Shown here: piece after piece, positions 8,861-16,103 of the stretch
How positions within the stretch are numbered: the stretch's first letter is position 1
Layout: each line of letters opens with the position of its first letter
NCBI GenBank assembly: GCA_036338595.1
Contig: JAYZBV010000038.1
Span: 1-38,005 of the forward strand
Reading direction: 5' to 3'
DNA: 38,005 nucleotides
Origin: Planctomycetota bacterium
Lineage (GTDB): Bacteria; Planctomycetota; UBA8108; UBA1146
Translations under genes and position numbers: made by a program
Notes under the pieces: generated by a model
What the model was told of the DNA's origin: nothing
What the model saw: only the letters and a program-made list of their open reading frames with translations
Databases searched by the model: none

Positions 8861-9958
8861 TCAGAGGGAAGTTTTTCTCGGCGGTGGAATGGGCTCGACA
8901 CCCATCTCAGAGAGCAACTTCTCAAGTGCCGAATCGAGACTATCACCCCGGACATTCTTGAAGCGGATCACTCCCTGGGCATCGATCAGGTAAATTGTCG
9001 GCCAACCGCGCACTCCCCAGCGCGTTGCGATGGGCCCCCCCGTTCCTCCTCCGTCGTAAAAGGAGTTCCAGGTGATGTTCTCACGCTTCATCGCCTCCAC
9101 GAGTTTTTCTCTGCTTCGATCCGAATTGACACCCAGGATGACGAACTGGTCAGAGTGCTTTTCCACGAGCGACCGCTCGTGTGGGTACATCGCCCTGCAA
9201 GGCCCTCACCAGTCACCCCAGAAGTCGAGCAGAACTATTTTGCCACGATGGTCTGAGAGATGGACTGCAGATCCCGAGACATCCACGCCACTGATTTCCG
9301 GAGCAATTTGCCCCACCTCCAGAGCGTCGGGTGAGTGGGGCGATAGCATCGCAGTCGCGATGGCGCCATAGGTGGTGTCACGGAAGGCGAGATCTCCGTA
9401 ACGATCACGCAACTTCTCCAGCAACCTCCTGACCTGATCTGTCTGGGACTTGTCCTTGCTTCTACGCAGCAAACTCGCCTGTGCGTGAATGGCAGCGGCA
9501 TCGACCCTGTCATGTGGGCTGGCATCGATCAGGAGGTCTAGCAGCGCTCCTGTTCCCTCGCGTCCATAGAGATAGGAGAACTCCGCGATGCGGGCCAACT
9601 GTGGCGAGTCCTTGTATGTCTGGATCAGCCGGGTGGCGTGAGCGATGGCAGCCTGCTCCATCGTACCTTCCGCTCGTTTCCACCAGTGATTCCTGAGTAC
9701 CCAGAGTTCCGCCCGAAGTCCCGCCTCTGATCCCGCCATTCTCTTCGCCATCTCTTCGAATCGCGGCAGGAATTGACTCGCCACTTCCCTCCGGTTGGCG
9801 ACCTTTGCCTCGGTATCGTGAAGTTCCTCCAGCTGGCTGACCTCGTCCAGATCTGCTGCGTAGAACCTCACAGACAGTTCTGGACTCAGGGCCAGAAGGA
9901 CGGTGCTTTCGGTAGTCGGAGTGGATTGAAGAAACAGTGCGAGAATCAATGCGGCCAT
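8861..9958 (-). CDS. Exported TlpA/AhpC-TSA-like thiol-disulfide oxidoreductase, predicted selenoprotein (UxxC, Sec at TGA 9206-9208), 365 aa
   Basis: ORFs 9206-9958 and 8861-9190 are in the same frame. Reading TGG TGA GGG CCT TGC AGG GCG ATG gives LLDFWGDW-U-GPCRAMYPHE, placing TGA at the first Cys position of the thioredoxin WCxxC motif. WGVRGWPTIYLIDAQGVIR follows. A SECIS-like hairpin lies downstream. Confidence 0.88.
9164..9181 (-). promoter_or_regulatory. Putative bacterial SECIS hairpin
   Basis: Minus-strand CACGAGC-GGUC-GCUCGUG, a perfect 7-bp stem starting 25 nt 3' of the UGA. The G-initiated loop is ~31 nt from the UGA. Confidence 0.7.
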
Positions 9959-10062
9959 GACATCTCCTTTCGAGACACAATAACATTGATCCGGTGCAAT
10001 AGATGCGATGATCTTGCGCCAAATCGACCTGAGATTAGGCTACTGCATTGGAGGACAAGCAG

Positions 10063-10752
10063 ATGGGTCAGTTGCGTGTCAATCGCAGGGTTCGGATCAT
10101 CCCGATGCTGCTACTGGCCACGGTAGTATCCTGCGGCAAGGACCAGTTGCCCGTATCTCCTGCTGTTGGTACTGATCCAGATGTCACGGGTGAAGTGAAA
10201 GCTACAGTTCAGGATCACACCGGAATTGGCTCCAAGAATGATCTCGATGCCACCGAAGACAAGATTTCGACCGCCGACGATGATCCGACAGTCGCAGAGG
10301 TAGAGAAAAATCTACCACCGCTTCACCTGCTGGAAGATCCCGCATTTCAGATGAGAGCGAAACTGGGTCACCTGGTGGCGAAGAGGCGATGCATCCTCTG
10401 TCACAAGGTGGATGGTAGAGGGGCAATTCTCCAGCCTCCGCTGGTCCAGGTATCTGTACGCCGCCTCGAAAGGATGAACACCATCTCGGAGGATCTGGCA
10501 CGGCTGCAAGCAGATGATCCCGATCGCTACCAGGCCAGAGTAGATCTCTTCAACTCCATCGAGGCCGAGCCTGATCCACTACGCAAGATGTCGATCTGGC
10601 TCCACGGATACCTGAGTTATCCCACCTTCGACAATGCCGAGGCGAAGATGCCTCTCCAGGTACTCAAGCCGGAGGAGATTGATCAGTTAGCCAGTTATGT
10701 CATCCAGCTCGCCATCGAAGGCGTGAAATCGGGTATTTCTGGGCCAGAATGA
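10063..10752 (+). CDS. Monoheme c-type cytochrome lipoprotein
   Basis: Lipobox-like LLATVVSC, heme motif CILCH, distal KMP Met ligand near the C-terminus. ATG at 10063 follows GGAGG. Confidence 0.8.
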   Translation: MGQLRVNRRVRIIPMLLLATVVSCGKDQLPVSPAVGTDPDVTGEVKATVQDHTGIGSKNDLDATEDKISTADDDPTVAEVEKNLPPLHLLEDPAFQMRAKLGHLVAKRRCILCHKVDGRGAILQPPLVQVSVRRLERMNTISEDLARLQADDPDRYQARVDLFNSIEAEPDPLRKMSIWLHGYLSYPTFDNAEAKMPLQVLKPEEIDQLASYVIQLAIEGVKSGISGPE

Positions 10753-10948
10753 GGGTCATTCATGGCTTTCATTCGACCTGACTCTCCTCCCAACGAAGCG
10801 ATTCCTGCATCTGAGGAACCTCCGACATCACCATTGTCACGGCCCTGGACATGACTTCGGCTGTCACCTTCCTCCGACGTCTCGGCAGGGGTAGTCGTTT
10901 ATCCACGGATGGGTATCTTGGACATTACTTGAGTTTCTCTCCGGTACA

Positions 10949-11093
10949 GCGGCGATTCAGGCAGACCTCGGGGGACGTCTCCTGACACGGCTTCGGCAGT
11001 GCGCCCTGTATCACCCGCAGCCTTCGGGCTTGCAGGATCTTCGTGGGAGAAGCGGGGGACGATGTGGACCTCAGGCCTCGCCTGGGTCCTCGC
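10949..11093 (+). ncRNA. Candidate structured non-coding RNA (rod-like, two C(UUCG)G hairpins), family unassigned
   Basis: Ends pair (GAUUCAGGC 10954-62 with GCCUGGGUC 11080-88). Internal hairpins are CAC-g-GC-UUCG-GC-a-GUG (10986-11001) and GCAGCC-UUCG-GGCUUGC (11017-33). A plus-strand terminator follows immediately and there is no credible ORF. Confidence 0.5.
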
Positions 11094-11094
11094 A

Positions 11095-11130
11095 CCCTCC
11101 GGCCTGACTCCTCGGGCCGGGGGGTTTTCT
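11095..11130 (+). terminator. Intrinsic terminator
   Basis: CCCTCCGGCCTGA-ctcc-TCGGGCCGGGGGG followed by TTTTCTTATTT; the U-tract is on the plus strand only. Confidence 0.85.
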
Positions 11131-11170
11131 TATTTCACCATGGTCGAGAAATTCGATGCGCAGGATCGGG

Positions 11171-11638
11171 CTAGATTCCTGCAAGCCCCATATCACTCTC
11201 GTCGAGGCAATTGAAACCGTCCCGATTGAGCAGGTCGAGAGCCGTGTCGTTCTCATCGACATGGATGATCAATACACCGAAACCGTGGGGTCTGGTGAGC
11301 ATCGGGTATGCGTAGTGGATGTTGATCTCTGCCTGAATGAGGCTGCGGCAGATCATTCGAATCCCCGAACGCTCATTGGGAACCTCGACGGCCAGGATCT
11401 GGCTGATGGATGTGGGCACTCCTTGTTCGAGAAGTACCTTGTGAGATGTCTCGACCCGATCGACAACCAGCCTGACGATGGCGTGGTCGGCACTATCCAC
11501 TACAGAGAGGGCGTGTACGAAGATGTCCTCGCTGGTGAGGTGCCGCAGAACCTCGCGTAATTTCCCCACTCGATTATCGAGAAACAGGCTCAACTGCCTC
11601 ACGAATGGATCCGCGTAGTCCTTTTCGGTTTTCAGCAT
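11171..11638 (-). CDS. Tandem ACT-domain protein (BT0572-like)
   Basis: QLSLFLDNRVGKL...ALSVVDSADHAIVRLVVD and a second ACT domain, AVEVPN...INIHYAY. Confidence 0.85.
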   Translation of the reverse strand: MLKTEKDYADPFVRQLSLFLDNRVGKLREVLRHLTSEDIFVHALSVVDSADHAIVRLVVDRVETSHKVLLEQGVPTSISQILAVEVPNERSGIRMICRSLIQAEINIHYAYPMLTRPHGFGVLIIHVDENDTALDLLNRDGFNCLDESDMGLAGI

Positions 11639-11722
11639 GGTGGGATTCTATCCCGCGCGACCGATGGCCTGAAGCGGAACACATTCATGCAGACCCGAAG
11701 GGCGCTCAGATGGCTGACGAGG

Positions 11723-12577
11723 TCAATAGCCCCCATTAGTTTGCCCTGAGCCGCCGTTGTTCGATCCCCCGTCGGAGTCGTGACTCCCGCCGGAGTTGTT
11801 ACTGCCGCCGGAATTGTTACTGCCGCCGGAATTGTTATTTCCGCCGCCGCCACCCCAACCACCTCGCCGTCCGCCTCCGCTGTCCTGAGGCATCTCGAGG
11901 TAGGCCTCGTATTGAGTGGGCGTGAGGATCTGTTCCACATCCGAATTCAGGTCGGTGCGGGATTGCTCGAAGAGTCCCCGCCATTCGCCTCGACCGAGGT
12001 CGAGTTCGCGTGCTTCTGAGATCAGAAGCATCCGTTCAGCAGAATGGTCAAGTAGTAATGAAGTGAACTGATCTGCGCGCGTACCTGTAAGGCCTAGTTC
12101 TTCAGCCATCCGGTTCGCACGATCCTCAGTTCGATCTTGCATCCGGTCAATCATCTGCTGTTCGCGCTCCATTCTTTCCTCGTCACGAACGGAAGCGATC
12201 GTGTCGCGGACCTGCTGGTCGAGACCTGCAGCGTCAACCGGTGTTTTTTCGGTTGAGGATGGGGTAGAGGAGATCCCATTTGCAATCGCCCCCAGCGCGG
12301 TTGTATTTCTGGCGAGTTGCATGGCGATGGCCTCGACCAGCTCCTCGGGGATCTCGGCGATGGCAGTTCCGGAATCCGAGGATGGCACCGGCAAGAACCC
12401 ATTTTCTGAGGGGTCTTTCGCCTGCTGGGCGATGTCGAGTTGCTCGGTCAGAGCCTGGATCCGATTCTGAAGCACATTGATCTGATCGTTGACCTGCTTC
12501 ATCTGATTGAAATTCTTCAGCGCAGCGGATCCGGTTCCGACCACAACCAGTGAAAGGATGATGAGGGCGGCTTTCAT
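11723..12577 (-). CDS. Hypothetical membrane-anchored/exported coiled-coil protein with Gly/Asn/Ser-rich tail
   Basis: Hydrophobic N-terminus, coiled coil, LGLT...ILTPTQYEAY (LTxxQ-like), GGSNNS repeats; SD AGGAGG. Confidence 0.75.
   Translation of the reverse strand: MKAALIILSLVVVGTGSAALKNFNQMKQVNDQINVLQNRIQALTEQLDIAQQAKDPSENGFLPVPSSDSGTAIAEIPEELVEAIAMQLARNTTALGAIANGISSTPSSTEKTPVDAAGLDQQVRDTIASVRDEERMEREQQMIDRMQDRTEDRANRMAEELGLTGTRADQFTSLLLDHSAERMLLISEARELDLGRGEWRGLFEQSRTDLNSDVEQILTPTQYEAYLEMPQDSGGGRRGGWGGGGGNNNSGGSNNSGGSNNSGGSHDSDGGSNNGGSGQTNGGY
11787..11840. repeat. 18-nt tandem repeat x3 (CCGCCGGARTTGTTACTG) encoding Gly-Gly-Ser-Asn-Asn-Ser
   Basis: Units at 11787, 11805 and 11823 (the last ends in TTT), plus a degenerate unit at 11769. 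Confidence 0.8.
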
Positions 12578-12662
12578 ATTCCTCCTGAACTAGACCAGGT
12601 CACATGAGCCTGGTGATGGGGTACTCCAGTAAGGATAACCCCGAAAAGACGCGATTGTTCCC

Positions 12663-14510
12663 TCATCGATCGAGGATTTCTTCGAGTCGCTTCTGACAGG
12701 CCGTATGGACCTCTGAAGCCTCATTCAGAAGTTCCGAGACTTGCTCCTGGGTCTCTAATTTCCACTCTTCATCCGCGACTTCGAGCAGATTGATCCTGAC
12801 ATTCAGGACAGCTCCCTCGAGCCCGGCGCGCGCCATCCAGCAAGCAGTTCCGGCATCGGTGATCCCTGCAGGCAATCCCCGGGTTGCCGCTTTCAGTGCC
12901 AGGGACATCACCTTCACGCACATCTCGGCGGTGGATAGGGGCACAAGGATGGCACGTCGGTACCCAGCCTCGATAGCCTGTCGTCGCAGATCGTCTTGTT
13001 CATCAGATCCCTGCGGAAGACGCATCGCTTCGATGACTCCCTCGAATGCTGCGGTATCCAGATCCACCGCACGAAGCAGGTCATCTTTCAGGAGTTGTGC
13101 TTCCAGAGCGATCGACTCCATCTCGTCACGGCGCTGTCGATACTTCCTTTTTGCGAAGGTCAAGTTTGCCACCATCGAGGAGAGGGATGCCGCCAGTGAT
13201 CCAGCAAGAGCAGCGATGGACCCTCCACCTGGTGCTGGCGAATCGCGTGAAACCTCATCGGCAAGATCATCGACACACATGCCGGTAAGAGGTCCTCTTG
13301 TGCCGGGATTTCCGAGGACTGAACGATCGGCATCGAAAGGAGAGATATCGGAGAGTCCGAGCGATTGAATGGCGGTATCGATGCGATCCTGCACCGGAAC
13401 TCCCCGACTCGATCCCTGTGATGCCAGGTAGTGTTCTCCACTCTCCAGGATGGCATCGTAGGGAACCACGCCGACAATCTCGGAACCGGTCACTGCGAGC
13501 CCCCGCTCGGTGGCAAGGGCCCTGCAGGTGTCCACTACATCGTGCATGTTGGTGCGATGAAAGTTGGTCAGGTTGATGGAGATCTGTGCTCTTCCATATT
13601 CCGGAATCACCCATCCCACAGCCCGACAATCCCGAAAGTGACCTCGCTTCATCACCATCTCGCCGTCGAGTGCATCCGGATCCTGACCGAAGAAGGCAGT
13701 CTCCTCCTTCAAGGAGGTGCCGTGATCCAGCAGGTGTTTCTCCAGATCTTCTCGTGAGGAGAAAACTTCACCCGTCAGCCCAGAGGGCCAGACATTCTCG
13801 TCGGGGCGGTATCGAAGTAACTTGCCGCTGGAGTAGTAGGAGGTTTTCGGTTCGATTCGAACCGCCCGCCCCTTCTCCCGGATTTCCATCGCAAGATCGT
13901 TTGCCTGGGCCTTGTCGCGGGTGTTGAGATTCACGTTGTAAGCGATCAGAAACTCACGAGCGCCGACGGTGACCACGCCTGGACCGGGCAGAAAGGTCGC
14001 CGGTCCAAAATCGGGGGTCCACGCAGGATCTGCCAGTTTCTCAGGGAGCGCTTCGTACTCTCCCTTCCTCACCTCGGCGAGGGATCTGCGCTCGTCTTTC
14101 AATGCAGCCTGATCGTACATGTAAACGGGAATGCCCAGTTCCTCACCGATCCTCTTCCCGACGCTTCTTGCCAGCTGGATACACTCCTCCATCGAGATTC
14201 CGCTGACCGGGATGAAGGGACAGACATCGGTGGCCCCATGACGTGCATGAGCCCCATGGTGAGTACTCATGTCGATCAACTCGGCAGCCTTCTCCACCAG
14301 TCTGACAGCGGCTTCCGAGATGGGACCGGGGGCTCCAACAAGAGTGATCACCGTACGATGAGTTTCTGCACCGGGATCCACATCCAGAACTTCTACCCCG
14401 GCCACTGCAGCAGCTGCAGCAACGATCTGATCGATCTTGGCCCTGTCGCGTCCTTCAGAGATGTTCGGGACGCACTCTACCAGGCCACTTTGATCGGTTT
14501 CTTCTGACAT
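12663..14510 (-). CDS. ftcd: Bifunctional glutamate formimidoyltransferase / formiminotetrahydrofolate cyclodeaminase
   Basis: LVECVPNISEGRD, HRTVIT, HARHGATDVCPFIP, GAREFLIAYNVNL, AQISINL, and the cyclodeaminase motif SPAPGGGSIAAL...NVRINL. ATG at 14510 follows GGAG. Confidence 0.95.
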   Translation of the reverse strand: MSEETDQSGLVECVPNISEGRDRAKIDQIVAAAAAVAGVEVLDVDPGAETHRTVITLVGAPGPISEAAVRLVEKAAELIDMSTHHGAHARHGATDVCPFIPVSGISMEECIQLARSVGKRIGEELGIPVYMYDQAALKDERRSLAEVRKGEYEALPEKLADPAWTPDFGPATFLPGPGVVTVGAREFLIAYNVNLNTRDKAQANDLAMEIREKGRAVRIEPKTSYYSSGKLLRYRPDENVWPSGLTGEVFSSREDLEKHLLDHGTSLKEETAFFGQDPDALDGEMVMKRGHFRDCRAVGWVIPEYGRAQISINLTNFHRTNMHDVVDTCRALATERGLAVTGSEIVGVVPYDAILESGEHYLASQGSSRGVPVQDRIDTAIQSLGLSDISPFDADRSVLGNPGTRGPLTGMCVDDLADEVSRDSPAPGGGSIAALAGSLAASLSSMVANLTFAKRKYRQRRDEMESIALEAQLLKDDLLRAVDLDTAAFEGVIEAMRLPQGSDEQDDLRRQAIEAGYRRAILVPLSTAEMCVKVMSLALKAATRGLPAGITDAGTACWMARAGLEGAVLNVRINLLEVADEEWKLETQEQVSELLNEASEVHTACQKRLEEILDR

Positions 14511-14575
14511 CGATTTCTCCCTGATGGGGCCATCTTGATCTCTTGTTGGAGCCGAATCCAGACGATCGGGGGTGG

Positions 14576-15745
14576 TCATTCCTTGTGTGCTTTCTCAAGA
14601 TGCTCCCGGAGAGGGGAAACATCCAGATCCCGTGACGGATCCCTTCGAACGATGTGAACATGCCCTGACACATTTGTTTCCTGGTCATTACCAGCAACTG
14701 GATCTCCGGTGATTCGAACCAACTCGATCAACATCGTCGGACCGTGTATTCGGTAGGAATGACGGTGTAATTTATCGATGGATCCCCACCAGCAGAAGCG
14801 TATCGAGTCAGGATCCGCCAGGTCGATGCGCGTCCTCTCAGCCTTCAGCATCGGCGAACGCATCAGGCCCAGATGTGTGTCGATGAGTCGATCGAGCAAT
14901 TCTCTTTGAGCAGGTTCCAGCTGATCCCGGCGGATCCCTTCCGGTTTCACCGAAACTCCGCGATCCGGACCGTGAAGAATGTCACGGGGAACTCCCTCGG
15001 ATCGTAGGGCCATCTCCTTCTGGTCGCCGTGCAGACTCATGGCGAGCTCCATGGCGATGGTTTCTTCCGGTCCCAGCACTTCCATTCCGATGTTGGGACC
15101 CATCGGAGGCACCGTCGGTGCTGCACCCAGAAATGCGGGGGTCGAAGAGAGCAGCCTGTTGCCTTGCAGCAAGAACCTCAGCGAGATGTGATGACCTTCA
15201 ACTCTCCACCCCCAGGGATCGGAACCGGCGGGATCACCCACAATACAGAAGGAATATTGCCCTGCATTTCTGGACGGATCGGCCTTTCCCTGTCGGTTCT
15301 TCAGTTTGCTCATATCCCTCAGCACAATTTCCAGGGCGACGATGGCATTCCATTTCAGGAAGCCGGTATCCGATAGCGTACTTCGAACCAATTGCTGCGA
15401 GCGGAATCGTTGCAGGTAGTTCATCTCATCGTGCCGTAACCCGGCTCGCTTGCCGGGCAGGAAACTCCATTTGAAGAGTGCTCCACTCCCATTCGCCCCG
15501 GGCGATTTGTTGACATGGAGTTGCTCGCGCGAGGATCCCGTCGTCGCCTCGATCAACTGCATCGCTGCCCCTGAGATGCTCTCCATCGTCGAAGGGTCGA
15601 TGGCGATCCCTCGATCCTCATCGATTGTCGGGAAGGATCGGGCCAGGATCGGTGTGAAGATCAGAAAACTGATAAAGAGCAGGATCGACCTGGAGCCGGA
15701 GGCTGCAGATTTCTGGACGAATTCATCTGGTGCAGAACAAGGCAT
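14576..15745 (-). CDS. DUF3500 family protein
   Basis: PWGWRVEGHHISL, TPAFLGA, YRIHGPTMLIE and HVHxVxRDP motifs; signal/TM segment near the N-terminus. Confidence 0.8.
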   Translation of the reverse strand: MPCSAPDEFVQKSAASGSRSILLFISFLIFTPILARSFPTIDEDRGIAIDPSTMESISGAAMQLIEATTGSSREQLHVNKSPGANGSGALFKWSFLPGKRAGLRHDEMNYLQRFRSQQLVRSTLSDTGFLKWNAIVALEIVLRDMSKLKNRQGKADPSRNAGQYSFCIVGDPAGSDPWGWRVEGHHISLRFLLQGNRLLSSTPAFLGAAPTVPPMGPNIGMEVLGPEETIAMELAMSLHGDQKEMALRSEGVPRDILHGPDRGVSVKPEGIRRDQLEPAQRELLDRLIDTHLGLMRSPMLKAERTRIDLADPDSIRFCWWGSIDKLHRHSYRIHGPTMLIELVRITGDPVAGNDQETNVSGHVHIVRRDPSRDLDVSPLREHLEKAHKE

Positions 15746-16103
15746 CCGCGACCTCCCTATCCGATGCTAGAGCCACTCATCGCTTCAATATAGAGCCATC
15801 AGAAGATTCCACAAGATCAGGAGATACCAGTCGATGCAGGTGAAATGGCGGCGGTACAGCGGCTACATGGCTGGGTTCGAGACCTGCGGAGGGATTGCAT
15901 CCACTTGTCCCACCCTGGCCACCACTCAGAGAACCGGATCGTGCATGTGAGTACGGCAAGCGACCACCAACTGAAAAATCCAGAGTCCTGGGATCTCTCT
16001 CGAGTCCTTGTGCGTTTCATTCTCATGCCTAATGGCTGCCAACTGGTCCGTAGATCTGCAGTGCGTTCCTGTTGAGCACAGTGAGGAATGGGAGTTCAGC
16101 AAG

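Noticed and set aside
8861..9958. Two separate genes, a nonsense pseudogene, or genome-wide UGA reassignment
   Set aside because: The TGA sits on the catalytic Cys position with a SECIS-like hairpin and both halves are intact. Many other genes here (tpiA, gmk, rpoZ, ftsK) end normally at TGA, so the genetic code is standard.
10949..11093. Assignment of the structured RNA as SRP RNA or tRNA-Sec
   Set aside because: Lacks the SRP domain IV CAGG..GNRA..AGCAG motif on either strand, and lacks a T-loop/UCA-anticodon cloverleaf.
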